NCBI GenBank assembly: GCA_963675745.2
Contig: CAXXWX010000005.1
Coordinates: forward strand, 64,001 to 128,000
Direction of reading: 5' to 3'
Origin: Phycisphaerae bacterium
Lineage (GTDB): Bacteria > Planctomycetota > Phycisphaerae > UBA1845 > Fen-1342
DNA: 64,000 nt
Shown: positions 43,778 to 53,891 of the stretch, piece by piece
How the letters are laid out: each line of letters opens with the position of its first letter
Position numbering within the stretch: position 1 is the first letter of the stretch
Translations under genes and position numbers: made by a program
The notes under the pieces: model-generated
Database searches by the model: none
What the model saw: the letters and a program-made list of their open reading frames with translations, nothing else
What the model was told of the DNA's origin: nothing

Positions 43778-46700
43778 CTATTCGGTTCCAAACAACTCTT
43801 CAAGCAGTACGGCGGCGTCCTGCGTGCCGATCGCCGGCGTGTTGTATTGTTCGAACGGGCGCAGCGCGCCTTCGGTGAATTCCGGCGCCGTCGTGACTAT
43901 TGTGCCCAGGTTGCCGTTGCCGTCATCCCAGAGCTGGATCAGGTCCATGATGTCATTCGAGGTCAGGTCCTGGTCTTCCGTGCGCCGCAGGCCCATCAGG
44001 AAGCCCATCTCGTGGCCCGTCGCATTACCCAACACCAACCCCATCAGCGTCGGCGATAGCGTGCCGGTCACGTTGAGGATCCCCTCGAGGCCGACAATTG
44101 CGGTGCCGGTCAGCGTCTCGTTGCGCGGGTCAATGTAGTCGGCGCGGCCCAGGTCATAGACGCGCCAACTCCCCGAGCGGGTATACACGTACGGCGCGTT
44201 GAGCGAGCCCGAGAACAGCCAGTTCACCTCGGTGGTGAAAGTGCCGCCAAAGTATACGGTCTGGTATGGCTGTGCGGGCGGCGGGCCCTCATCACTGGTC
44301 GTCACCTCGACGTCATACCCAATCAGCAGCGTTCGTACGCGTTGCACGAGTGCCGGCTTGATCAGGTTGTCGATCTCGTTCGGGTCCGGGTAGAAGTCCG
44401 CCAGAATGTCATTGAACGGGCGAACCAGTACGGGCAGTTCGCCGGCCACGTTGACCACGTCCGCGCCAGTGAAGTCCAGGTACACACGTTGCTGCCGCGG
44501 CGCCAGCCGCGTTTCCAGCTCCTCATCGCTCAGCCCCAGTTCATCAACGCGTTCAACGCGGATCTTCACGCTGGTGGCCGTATCGGTGACGAAGTAGTGC
44601 GACGAGCTGTTTGTCCCGATCAGCAGCTTGGCATCTGGCGTGAACAGTATGTTCGGCGCGTTCGGATCCGGCGCGCCCTGGTACCAGGTCACGGCGCGCT
44701 GCTCGCGATCAAGCACCATCACGCTGTAAAACCCGTCGATCTCCGTGCCCTCGTTGACGGTCTGGACCGCGTTATTGATCGTCGAGGGGAACTCCAGCTC
44801 GCTGTAATACTCGTCGTATCCCGGTTGGGTCATGAAGCTGAAGAAAAGGCGATCGCCGCGGCTGAGCGTGCCGATGTCGAATATCTGACGTCGCGTCGAG
44901 GGCGCCACCACCACGGCGACCTCGTTGTTGTACAACGAGACGCGCGGCGTGTCCGTGCCGACTGTGCCCGTGAACGGCTCAACAACCTGCACCAGCGTCT
45001 GGGCGTATACCCGCGAAGGTTGCGTGCGATCCGTCGCCACCTCGGCCCACAGGAAGTAAGTGCCCGGCTCAACCGCCGCCCCGGCCAGGTCGAGCGGCTG
45101 GGGCGTCGTGAGATTCAGGTCGTTGCCGTTCGGCACATCGGCGGAATCAAGTTGCAGATCGCTGGAAGTGGCCACCGCGATCACCAACTGGTCACCCGTG
45201 TTGGAGAAATCAACGTCGCTGATGATCGAGGCACACGGAGCCAACGTCTGCTCCAACTCGCCGGTCTGAGCGTTCCAGAGCTTCGCCGACCAGTCGCGGC
45301 TGCCCGTGGCCACCTGCGTGCCATCCGGCGAATACGCGACGGCCACCACCGGCAATGTGTGGCCCACGAACGTGCGCACCAGCGACCCATCCGTGACGTT
45401 CCACAAATGGGCGCTGTTGTCGCCGCCGCCGCTCAGAATCTGCGTCTGGTCCGGCGAGAATGCCACGGAGTACACCGGCGCGTCGTGGCCGGCGTATTGC
45501 AGAAGCTCCGCTCCGCTCACGCGGTCCCAGAGCCGCACCGTGCCATCAATGCTGGAAGTGGCCATCAGTTCATTCGAGAACGCCACGTCGGTCACGCTCA
45601 AGTCGTGCCCGACATACTCCCGCAGAACCTGGGCGGTTGCGATGTCCCAAAGCAGTACACGCCGGTCGGTGCTGACCGAGGCGAGTTGTGTTCCGCCGGG
45701 GGAAACCTCGACGGCGTTGATCGCGCCGCTGTGCAGTGCGAAAGTTTGCAGGATGGCGCCGGTCTGCGCATCACGCAGCATAACGCGCCCGTCCTCAAGA
45801 CCCACCGCGAACTGCGTCCCGTCCAACGCCCATCCGATGGCTGTGACCGCCGAGTCGTTGCCCGTGTACGTGAGGATCAACTCGCCGGTTGCGGCGTCGT
45901 GCAGGCGCATGGTGCCGTCGGCGCTGGAGGTCAGGATTGTCGTACCGTCAGGTGAGAACTGTGACGCGAGCACGCGGTCTTCGTGACCGGTCAACCGCAG
46001 GTCCTCGCCACCGTTGTCGGTACTGTAGACAACAGCCTGGGCTTCGCACTCATCGAGGTCGCGATCCAGACCCGCGCGGACGAAGTGCGGCACGCCGCGC
46101 TCAACCTCGTAGTCCACGTGCGTCCACAACACGGCGTCTTGCGGGATCACAATGTTCTGGATGGTGGATGGCGGTGACAGAAACTCAATCGCCGGCCGCG
46201 CAATGCCGACGTCGATGACGACCAGGGCCTTACCCTGAATCCCCGTGGCGTCGGTGACCGTCAATTCCGCCCGGTAAGCGCCCGGACGCGCATACGTGTG
46301 CGCCACCGAAGGCAGCACCTCGGTCGTACCATCGCCGAATTCCCAGAGGTACGAGACAATGCCGTTGTTTGGCGCATTGGGTTCGCGGTCGGGGTCATCC
46401 GAACCGGAAGCGTCGAACACGAAAACCGCTGGCGCCGTCTCCGACGAGGTCCGGTCGACACTGATGCGCGCCACCGGCGCGTTGGTGACGGCGATCTCGA
46501 TCGAGCGGCTAGCGCTTGCCGCCGGGACCGCGTCATCGGTCAGCGTCAGCGTGACTACGAAGACCCCGGTGGTCTGAAACGTGTGGATCGGCGAGATTTC
46601 CTGGCTCGTCGTGCCATCGCCAAAATCCCACCGGCGCGACACGATCAGGCGATCATCCGTGCTGTCAGATGATGAAAAACGTACCGTGAGGGGGGCGATC

Positions 46701-46864
46701 CCCCGGGTTACGTCAGCCGTTATGACGACGTTCGGCGGCAGGTTGAAGCCCCCGCCCACCACCGCGGAGCCGCTGATGGTGTCCGTTGTGCAGCCCGACG
46801 GAGACCCGAGTAATACACAACAAGTAGCGGTTGCAATCGCCAAGACCAAGATCCATGCACGCAT
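43778..46864 (-). CDS. Exported PKD + WD40 + metzincin-like multidomain protein (putative lipoprotein)
   Basis: Signal ending PSG-C; two PKD domains (WDFGDG, WEFGDG); ~7 GH...WD repeats; C-terminal VYLDF...GHEMGFLMGL...DIM. Confidence 0.85.
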   Translation of the reverse strand: MRAWILVLAIATATCCVLLGSPSGCTTDTISGSAVVGGGFNLPPNVVITADVTRGIAPLTVRFSSSDSTDDRLIVSRRWDFGDGTTSQEISPIHTFQTTGVFVVTLTLTDDAVPAASASRSIEIAVTNAPVARISVDRTSSETAPAVFVFDASGSDDPDREPNAPNNGIVSYLWEFGDGTTEVLPSVAHTYARPGAYRAELTVTDATGIQGKALVVIDVGIARPAIEFLSPPSTIQNIVIPQDAVLWTHVDYEVERGVPHFVRAGLDRDLDECEAQAVVYSTDNGGEDLRLTGHEDRVLASQFSPDGTTILTSSADGTMRLHDAATGELILTYTGNDSAVTAIGWALDGTQFAVGLEDGRVMLRDAQTGAILQTFALHSGAINAVEVSPGGTQLASVSTDRRVLLWDIATAQVLREYVGHDLSVTDVAFSNELMATSSIDGTVRLWDRVSGAELLQYAGHDAPVYSVAFSPDQTQILSGGGDNSAHLWNVTDGSLVRTFVGHTLPVVAVAYSPDGTQVATGSRDWSAKLWNAQTGELEQTLAPCASIISDVDFSNTGDQLVIAVATSSDLQLDSADVPNGNDLNLTTPQPLDLAGAAVEPGTYFLWAEVATDRTQPSRVYAQTLVQVVEPFTGTVGTDTPRVSLYNNEVAVVVAPSTRRQIFDIGTLSRGDRLFFSFMTQPGYDEYYSELEFPSTINNAVQTVNEGTEIDGFYSVMVLDREQRAVTWYQGAPDPNAPNILFTPDAKLLIGTNSSSHYFVTDTATSVKIRVERVDELGLSDEELETRLAPRQQRVYLDFTGADVVNVAGELPVLVRPFNDILADFYPDPNEIDNLIKPALVQRVRTLLIGYDVEVTTSDEGPPPAQPYQTVYFGGTFTTEVNWLFSGSLNAPYVYTRSGSWRVYDLGRADYIDPRNETLTGTAIVGLEGILNVTGTLSPTLMGLVLGNATGHEMGFLMGLRRTEDQDLTSNDIMDLIQLWDDGNGNLGTIVTTAPEFTEGALRPFEQYNTPAIGTQDAAVLLEELFGTE

Positions 46865-47026
46865 GATGGCTCCTAAGGGAACAGACGCCTGCTTGCCGGT
46901 CGCACAGTGACCGCCGTAAGTATGGGCCGGGTAAGGAGTCCCTTCAAGAGCTTGACGACGCCGATAGAATAGGAATATCGTCGCTCAGTGAGCGTCAGAG
47001 CCACTTGCAGGCATGCCGGAATCACG

Positions 47027-47665
47027 ATGAAAACACGCAATTTGATCCTGAGCCTCGTCCTGGCGGCGATTACCGCGGCTGCCGGATGCCCAGTCACACC
47101 GTCGGGCGGTCTGGGGTCTGACATTCCGGCCTCTTCAGGCATTGGCTCGGGGGGCGGCTCGACCACGGAACCGAGTTCGACGGCCCCGGCCGGCACGCCG
47201 GTGACGGCGGGCAGCGGTAGCGGGGCCTCCTCAGCCACCGAGCTGCCCGGCTGCCTCGAACCCGCCGACGCCGACGCGTGGCGCCTCCGCGTGCTCCAAC
47301 TGACTAACCAGCAGCGCGCGGCCCTGGGTCTGCCGCCACTCAAGCGCAACGCGACACTCGAAGACCAGGCCAACCGCTATGCCTGCGAGATGATCTACTA
47401 CGATTTCTTCGATCACGTAAACCCCACCACGGGCAGCACGCTCGATGTGCGTGCCGCCGAGTTCGGCTATCAGTATCTCAAGATCGGCGAGAATCTGGCC
47501 GCCGGTCAACGGTCGCCCGAGGACGTCGTCGAGGATTGGATGGGCAGTCCGGGCCACCGCGAGAACATCGTCGACCCCGAGTTCACCGAGATCGGCATCG
47601 GAATCCGCCAGGGCGGCCAGCACGAGTATTATTGGGTTCAGGAATTCGGCAGTCCCTTCCCCTGA
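47027..47665 (+). CDS. CAP/SCP-domain lipoprotein
   Basis: Lipobox AAAG-C, Ser/Gly linker, LTNQQRA..GL..L, GENLA, WMGSPGHRENI and YWVQEFG motifs. Confidence 0.92.
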   Translation: MKTRNLILSLVLAAITAAAGCPVTPSGGLGSDIPASSGIGSGGGSTTEPSSTAPAGTPVTAGSGSGASSATELPGCLEPADADAWRLRVLQLTNQQRAALGLPPLKRNATLEDQANRYACEMIYYDFFDHVNPTTGSTLDVRAAEFGYQYLKIGENLAAGQRSPEDVVEDWMGSPGHRENIVDPEFTEIGIGIRQGGQHEYYWVQEFGSPFP

Positions 47666-47931
47666 TCCTCCGACCCACCCCCCACCGCGACACCGCCGAT
47701 ATAATGCCGCCGCGCCGGCCAGGGCAGCGGCCGATGCTGCACTGCCGGTCTGCACGCATTATCGGCGACGCCCCGCCGGGCTTCGATAGCGCGATACGCG
47801 CGGATTTGCTTGGACTTCACGCATGCGAACGCATAAAAATGGGTGTATACAACGGCAGTTGTTCGGATGGCTAATGACGTTCCCATCCGGTGCCGGCGTT
47901 AATGGTCTGCCGACCTTTGGAGGTTGGGAAG

Positions 47932-48006
47932 ATGTTTGTGCTTTGGACGCCACAACGTATGCGTGTCGCACTCTTCTTCGTCGCCGCCTACCTGGCCCTC
48001 TGCTGA
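47932..48006 (+). CDS. Putative 24-aa hydrophobic small protein
   Basis: MFVLWTPQRMRVALFFVAAYLALC*, preceded by GGAGGTTGGGAAG; below the ORF-track cutoff. Confidence 0.4.
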   Translation: MFVLWTPQRMRVALFFVAAYLALC

Positions 48007-48060
48007 GTAGCGTTCCGGCGATCCGTGTGAGGCGTGCCGGCCGATGAGCAACACGCCGAG

Positions 48061-48486
48061 ATGACATCTCCACGATTCAATATCGAAGACCTTCGTCCTC
48101 TGATCGATGTGCGTTTCGCGCGCTCGTCCGGGCCTGGTGGCCAAAACGTCAACAAGGTCAACACGCGCGTAACCCTACTGTTTGACTTCGCGAACTCCGC
48201 CGTGCTGACGCCCGCTCAGCGCGGGCGCATTCGTGACCGTCTGCGCACGCGTCTGTCGAGTGATGGGCGGCTGCGCGTCGTCAGCCAGGCCGAGCGCACC
48301 CAGCCGGCCAACCGCGCGCGCGCCGAGTCGCGTCTGCTGGAGCTGCTCACAGACACGCTTAAGGTCCGAAAGGCCCGTCGTCCGACCCGGCCCACAAGAG
48401 CCTCGCAGGAGAGGCGTCTGCGCGCCAAGCGCGAGCACGGCCAGAAAAAAAGCCAACGCCGCGCTCGGGTGGGCCGCGACGACTGA
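48061..48486 (+). CDS. arfB: Alternative ribosome-rescue factor B (peptidyl-tRNA hydrolase)
   Basis: FARSSGPGGQNVNKVNT...RTQ..NR and basic tail RRPTRPTRASQERRL..K...KK..R. Confidence 0.93.
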   Translation: MTSPRFNIEDLRPLIDVRFARSSGPGGQNVNKVNTRVTLLFDFANSAVLTPAQRGRIRDRLRTRLSSDGRLRVVSQAERTQPANRARAESRLLELLTDTLKVRKARRPTRPTRASQERRLRAKREHGQKKSQRRARVGRDD

Positions 48487-48533
48487 CCCCTCCCGGCCAC
48501 GGCATCGGGCCGGGGCCCCCGCCGGTGTGCCGC

Positions 48534-49612
48534 CTATTCCAGAACTTGCTGATACACGCGAATGAGCGCATCTACCGCCGCGTCGGTACCCGCGTGCGCG
48601 CTTGCCCAGCTCTCTGCCGCCTCGGCCAACCGGTCGCGCAGCGCCGCGTCCGCGTGCAAGCGGCGTAACGCGCCCGCAAACTCAGCCGCCGAATCACCAG
48701 GCACCAACAGCATGCGCTCATTCGCACCCGCTATGTCACGCAGCGTCGGCAGATCACTGGCGACGATTGCCAGCCCGAATGCCATCGCTTCGAGCAGCGC
48801 GTTCGGCATTCCTTCCGTCAGGAAGGCAGGCAGAACACATCCGCCGCCGACATCACCCGTCCAACATCGGCCTGCCAGCCCAGCAGTTGGATACGTTCCG
48901 CGACCGGGCTTTCGGCGACCATCCGCTCAACTTCCGCGTGGTACGGGCCATCGCCGGCGATGAGAACGCGCGCGTTCAAATCGGCGAGCTCCCGCGCACA
49001 GTCGATTAGAACGTCGATCCGCTTGACCGGGTCAAGCCGCCCTGCCCACAGCACCACAAAGTCGTCACGGTCGACGCTGAACATCTCGCGCGCCGTGTCA
49101 CGTTCGATGCGCGACGGCGCGACGATCGACGGGGGAATCACGTGTACCTTGTGCCGCGGAACGCGAAACGTCTCGACGACATGGTCGGCCAGCGCCGGGC
49201 TGTTCACGATATGGCCGGCATCGAACGATGAGCTCGCCCGCTCCAGCCACGCGTGCCATTGACGCTCGACTTCGATCGTCGCCGTGGATGTCAGCACGGG
49301 CACGCGGCATCGCTGGCCTACCAGCCGCGCCGCGACATTGGCGTGCATCAGCGTGGCGTGGATCAGGTCGGGTTGAAGATCACGAATGCGTGCCGCCAGC
49401 CGTTTCACTGCGGCCCAATCACGCGCGCCGGCCGCGTCGCACGCGAACGTCGGAATCCCATCGCGCGCCAGGTCCGCGCTCACCGGGCCCGCCGGCGCCA
49501 GGCAGCCAACATGCACGTCCACGCCCGCCCGCGATAACCCGCGCGCCAGCCGCGCAATGCGCAGCGGCGTCCCTCCGCGTTCGAGATCCGTCACCAGCAA
49601 GACTATACGCAC
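48534..49612 (-). CDS. GT4 (GT-B) glycosyltransferase; apparent 1-nt deletion near 48821
   Basis: GGTP..., PDLIHA, GRLDPVKR, ADVFCLPS | (LTEG)MPNALLEAMAFG. One added C restores PSLTEGMPNALLEAM (Ex7E). GTG start at 49612. Confidence 0.88.
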
Positions 49613-49845
49613 AATCCACCTTTCACCGTGCCGCGCGATCGACAGCACCGCAGCCCGTGTCCGGCCGCCGCGCCGGTTCGCCGTCCACGCCGGCGCACAG
49701 CCTACCACCGCGCGACACGCTGTTGAACCCGCGGCGCGGCGGCTTCCCCGCGCCAAGGGTGCTGCACGATGGTGCCTTCGCTGATAAGCTATGGTCCGCC
49801 GCTGACCTCAAGTCGGCGTGCCCGCGGCCTGTAAGGAGCTTGCAA

Positions 49846-50637
49846 ATGCGCATCCTGTGCATCAAGACGCTGTGGGGCCACACCGAGGGCCTGACTGATG
49901 ATGATGACCTGGCGCGCATAAAGGCCGCGGGTTTTGACGGCGTGGAATGGTCCGCGCCGCGGATGGAACCGGCGCGCTGGAAAGACGTGTGTGAGAAGCA
50001 CGGTCTGGTCTATATCGCGCAAGTCTCTGCCGATACGCCATCCGAGCTGGCCGCCGTCGTGGCCCAAGCCATTGCGTACGACCCGATCCTGATTAACGCG
50101 CAGGACGGCCGCGACCGGATGACGTTCGAGCAAGGCACGGAGTATCTCCGGGAAGCACTGCGGATCGAAGCCGATTGCCCGGTCGATATCGCGCATGAGA
50201 CCCACCGGCGGCGACTCCTCTACACGCCCTGGACAACGGCGCAGTATCTCGACGCTTTTCCAGACCTGAAGATTTGTGCCGATTTCAGCCACTGGTGCGT
50301 CGTGTGCGAATCGCTCCTGACCGATCTGGAGGATCTCGTCGAGCAGGCCTGTGCCCGGGCGATTCACATCCACGGTCGCGTCGGTTCCGAGCAGGCACCG
50401 CAGATCGCCGATCCACGCGCGCCTGAGTTTCGCCCCTATCTCGAACGGCACGAGCAGTGGTGGGATCGCATACTCGAACTGCGCAAGCAAGCCCTGTGCA
50501 AGCAGACCACCTTTAACCCGGAGTTCGGTCCGCCCGGCTACATGCCCACGCTGCCCTACACCCAGCAGCCCGTCACAAACCTGTGGGACACGCACGTGTG
50601 GATGGCGCGGCGGCTGCGCTCGCGCTGGGAGCACTGA
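49846..50637 (+). CDS. Sugar phosphate isomerase/epimerase-like TIM-barrel protein
   Basis: IKAAGFDGVE, HETHR, ADFSHWCVVCE, HIHGRVG and PEFGP motifs; TAAGGAG RBS before ATG 49846. Confidence 0.85.
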   Translation: MRILCIKTLWGHTEGLTDDDDLARIKAAGFDGVEWSAPRMEPARWKDVCEKHGLVYIAQVSADTPSELAAVVAQAIAYDPILINAQDGRDRMTFEQGTEYLREALRIEADCPVDIAHETHRRRLLYTPWTTAQYLDAFPDLKICADFSHWCVVCESLLTDLEDLVEQACARAIHIHGRVGSEQAPQIADPRAPEFRPYLERHEQWWDRILELRKQALCKQTTFNPEFGPPGYMPTLPYTQQPVTNLWDTHVWMARRLRSRWEH

Positions 50638-50668
50638 TCACGCGCAATGAGCGCGGCGGGAGATTTCC

Positions 50669-51067
50669 GTGGAGTTGAGTCCGGGCAAGCTGCTTTGTAT
50701 CGCGCTGGGCGGGGGCATCGGTTCGGTGCTGCGCTACCTGGTTGCCTGGATGGCAGCGCGCTTCACCGATGACTTCCCGCTGGGCACACTGCTGGTCAAT
50801 GTTACCGGGGCGGCCCTGCTCGGGTTTCTGTTCGCCGCCACGCGCCGTGGGCCGCTGCTGATCGACGAGACGCTTTACGTCGCGCTGACCATTGGCCTGC
50901 TCGGTGGGTTCACCACTTTTTCGACCTTCGCCAACGAGACTCTCAGCTTTGCCAGCGAGCGCGAGTGGGGGTTTTTTGCCGTTAACCTGCTGCTGAACAA
51001 CGGTCTGGCACTGGTCGCCGCGTGGATCGGCTGGCGGTTGGCACAGAGAACATACGGAGTGGCGTAG
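50669..51067 (+). CDS. crcB: Fluoride channel FluC/CrcB
   Basis: GGGIGSVLRY, FPLGTLLVNVTG and GLLGGFTTFSTF signatures. Confidence 0.96.
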   Translation: MELSPGKLLCIALGGGIGSVLRYLVAWMAARFTDDFPLGTLLVNVTGAALLGFLFAATRRGPLLIDETLYVALTIGLLGGFTTFSTFANETLSFASEREWGFFAVNLLLNNGLALVAAWIGWRLAQRTYGVA

Positions 51068-51069
51068 CA

Positions 51070-51414
51070 ATGAAGATTCCCGGAGACGGCTACCTGCTGC
51101 GGATCTTCCTGGGTGAGAGCGATCGCTGGCACGGACGGCCTCTGTACGAGGCGATTGTGATGAAGGCCCGCGAACTGAACATGGCCGGTGCGACCGTGCT
51201 GCGCGGGCCGATGGGTTTCGGCGCCAAGAGCCATATGCACACGGCGCGAATCCTGCGGCTGAGTGAGGACTTGCCGATGATTGTCGAGATTGTCGACAAG
51301 CGGGAGAACATCGACCGGCTGTTGCCATACATCGACGAAATGCTCACCGACGGCCTGGTGACGCTGGAGAAAGTGCAGGTCATAAAGTACCGAGCCGAGA
51401 AACCGGCGGACTAA
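51070..51414 (+). CDS. DUF190 (PII-like) protein
   Basis: LRIFLGESDRWHGRPLYEAIV...AGATVLRG..GFG...LSEDLPMIVEIVD; usual crcB neighbour. Confidence 0.92.
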   Translation: MKIPGDGYLLRIFLGESDRWHGRPLYEAIVMKARELNMAGATVLRGPMGFGAKSHMHTARILRLSEDLPMIVEIVDKRENIDRLLPYIDEMLTDGLVTLEKVQVIKYRAEKPAD

Positions 51415-51431
51415 CGTCATTCCCGCTCCCG

Positions 51432-51458
51432 CGTAGCGGCCGACCCCCGAGTCGGCCG
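51432..51458. repeat. GTAG-type REP hairpin (copy 2)
   Basis: CGTAGCGGCCGACCCCCGAGTCGGCCG; matches 10259-10285. Confidence 0.7.
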
Positions 51459-51521
51459 GTATCATGCCACGCAGTTTGCGGCCGCTACGCGCATCGGAGC
51501 CAATAAGGAGCACACTGTCAC

Positions 51522-52856
51522 ATGCGCGTCGCCGTCATTCAGACCCCTGGCAGCGCACTCAATGCGTGGCGCGACAGCCTGGCATCGCTGGAGCGGTTGG
51601 TGCGAGACGCCGCCGCCGAACATGCCGAGCTCGTCGTCTTACCCGAGTGCGCATTTCCGGCATATGTGCTCGATTCGGTGGATGCCTACTGGACGGCGCG
51701 CGAGGCCGGCATGCCCGGTGATCGCGAATTCCTGGCCCGGCCCTGCGAGTGGGCCCGACGCGGCAAGCTGACCCTGTGCATCAGCTACGTCGCCGAACGC
51801 GACCGGCGGCTCTACAATGCCGCCAGCCTGGTCACACCCGACGGGCGGATCGCCGGCACACATCACAAATGCTTCATGTGGGATTTCGATCGGCTGTGGT
51901 TTACGCCCGGCGAGACAATCGACCCGTGCGACACCGATCTCGGTCGCATCGGCATGATGATCTGTGCCGATGCGCGCCTGCCCGAGATTCCCGCGACGCT
52001 CGCCGCGCGCGGCGCTCAGTTCATCGCCCAACCGACCGCGTGGGTCAACACCGGCACACCCGAGAAGCCGACCAACCCGCAGGCCGAGTTCCTGATTGCA
52101 GCTCGCGCGCGCGAGTTTGGCGTCGCCGTCGCATCGGCCAGCAAATACGGCTACGAAGGTCAAACGCGTTTCATCGGTTCCAGCCTGATCTGTGACGCCG
52201 ACGGCGTTGTCCTGGCGCGGGCCGGCACCGACGAGACGACCGTCATTGCCGCCGACGTCCTGCTCGCCCCACCCAAACCGCCGCACGTCACATCCGAGGA
52301 GCTTGTGGCTCTCGCAGAAACTCCGGCGGACGCACAATCCGGCGATCTGCCGCCGCTGGCGATATTCCTGCTCCCACCGGACTGCCCGCCGTCAAAGGCC
52401 GAAGCCCTCATCGCGCAACGGCCGTCGGCGCAGCGCGATCAGCCGCTGCTGATAGTCTCACCCGCGCCCTCAATCGCGCCGGCGTCTTCACCGCACACGC
52501 TGACCGTCAGTGACCCGGCGCCGAGCGTGCACACGCTCGCCGGAATTGGAGTTGGCGCTGTCAGCGCGGCGGATGCGGCGCGTTTCGCGCCGATTCGCGC
52601 GCTGGCCTTGCGCGGCGCGAATCTGGCAGTGGTTTTCGGTGCCGGCGTCGGCGAGATCGAGCTGCGCGCGCGGGCCCTCGAAAACCGCATTTACGTACTG
52701 GCCGTCGGCGGTCCGGAAGCAACCCTATACGCCCCCACCGGTGGCCGATGCGCACTCCCGACGACCATCCCCGTGGCCGACACCGTCGACAAATGCGTGG
52801 CGTGGAAGACCGATGTCCTGCGCGACCGCACTCCCGGTCTGTATCAGTTCGCTTAG
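51522..52856 (+). CDS. Carbon-nitrogen hydrolase (nitrilase superfamily) with degenerate second domain
   Basis: Glu-Lys-Cys triad (VLPE, HHKC, MICAD); the C-terminal half keeps ALRGA and RARALEN but no triad. Confidence 0.85.
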   Translation: MRVAVIQTPGSALNAWRDSLASLERLVRDAAAEHAELVVLPECAFPAYVLDSVDAYWTAREAGMPGDREFLARPCEWARRGKLTLCISYVAERDRRLYNAASLVTPDGRIAGTHHKCFMWDFDRLWFTPGETIDPCDTDLGRIGMMICADARLPEIPATLAARGAQFIAQPTAWVNTGTPEKPTNPQAEFLIAARAREFGVAVASASKYGYEGQTRFIGSSLICDADGVVLARAGTDETTVIAADVLLAPPKPPHVTSEELVALAETPADAQSGDLPPLAIFLLPPDCPPSKAEALIAQRPSAQRDQPLLIVSPAPSIAPASSPHTLTVSDPAPSVHTLAGIGVGAVSAADAARFAPIRALALRGANLAVVFGAGVGEIELRARALENRIYVLAVGGPEATLYAPTGGRCALPTTIPVADTVDKCVAWKTDVLRDRTPGLYQFA

Positions 52857-52893
52857 CGAGCGACACTAACCCAATGCGGTGCAGACCGCGCAC

Positions 52894-52933
52894 AAAAACG
52901 CCGCGGGAAGCCAGACTCCGGCAACCCGCGGCG
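52894..52933 (-). terminator. Intrinsic terminator after the PEP-CTERM gene
   Basis: CGCCGCGGG/CCCGCGGCG stem followed by T5 on the minus strand. Confidence 0.65.
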
Positions 52934-52958
52934 CTTAGTGTTCTATGGGCTGTGTGCG

Positions 52959-53891
52959 TTACCGGCGACGCAGAAACAGCGTGCCAAGCAACAGCAGCAC
53001 GATCGCGGAAGGCTCCGGCGTTACCAGGCCATACCGCGCGGGCGCATCCGATACCAGGCGGGCGCTCTCAACGATCGGCGCGACGTCGGTGCCAAGACTG
53101 TCGATCGGATCAAAAACCAGCGTGCCGTCCGCGTCAGCCGAGATCGTGTACCCGGCGACCAGCGCCTGGCGTTGCCACGCGTCGGCGAGGGCCGCGGAAA
53201 CCGCATCAGCCGGCGACTGCGGCGAGAGCCGCGACAGCTCCGTCGTATCCACCCCGATCGCGCCCATGAAGGAGATGAACAGGTCGACGAAGACGTTGCC
53301 TTGAAGCGTGATGGGGCCGATGTCGAAATCCAGCTCCTCGTTCGTGCTGTCGCTGAGCGTGTCTACCACCAGCTCGGAGTTGTCATTCGAGATGTTGATC
53401 TGAATCGTATAGAAGCCGAGCTGGTTGATCTCGAGTGCATTCGCCACATCAAGCGTGCCCGTGAGCTGCGCATCGAGTGCCCCGCTCTTGACCGCCGTGC
53501 GGTAATTCAAGTCGCTGGCGACAAACTCCATGTTCCCGGTCAGCAACCAGCGATCAGTGTAGCTGGCCGTCATCTGCGTCGCGCCGGCAAGCTCCACCTC
53601 AAACTGTCCGAGATCGAGAATCTCGGGCCGCCCGCGGCTGTCACGCCCGAACGTGCGGTCAAACTCGAGGCGGTGTCCGTCGCCGAAATCATTCGGCATG
53701 ATTCGCAGACGCCCCAGCCGCGCGCCGTTTACGCGCGATCCATCCCCGAGTGTGGACAGCGGGCTGCCGCTGGGAGTCGCGACCAATTCGAGGCCGCGAT
53801 AAAGCTCGCCCCATAGGCCCGCCCCGGCCGGTGCCGCGCACAGTGCATACACCATCACCCCGGCCAATCCAAGCGCTACACGTCCTCGCAT
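52959..53891 (-). CDS. PEP-CTERM sorting-domain protein, function unknown
   Basis: Signal peptide; C-terminus TPEPSAIVLLLLGTLFLRRR; AAGGA RBS before ATG 53891. Confidence 0.88.
   Translation of the reverse strand: MRGRVALGLAGVMVYALCAAPAGAGLWGELYRGLELVATPSGSPLSTLGDGSRVNGARLGRLRIMPNDFGDGHRLEFDRTFGRDSRGRPEILDLGQFEVELAGATQMTASYTDRWLLTGNMEFVASDLNYRTAVKSGALDAQLTGTLDVANALEINQLGFYTIQINISNDNSELVVDTLSDSTNEELDFDIGPITLQGNVFVDLFISFMGAIGVDTTELSRLSPQSPADAVSAALADAWQRQALVAGYTISADADGTLVFDPIDSLGTDVAPIVESARLVSDAPARYGLVTPEPSAIVLLLLGTLFLRRR

Noticed and set aside
48818..48820. In-frame TGA as selenocysteine or readthrough in the glycosyltransferase
   Set aside because: The downstream conserved sequence is in a different frame; a 1-nt deletion explains it.
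49620..49845. Fluoride riboswitch upstream of the operon containing crcB
   Set aside because: A GATGG is present but I could not find the paired stem and downstream GCTRATG element; needs a covariance search.
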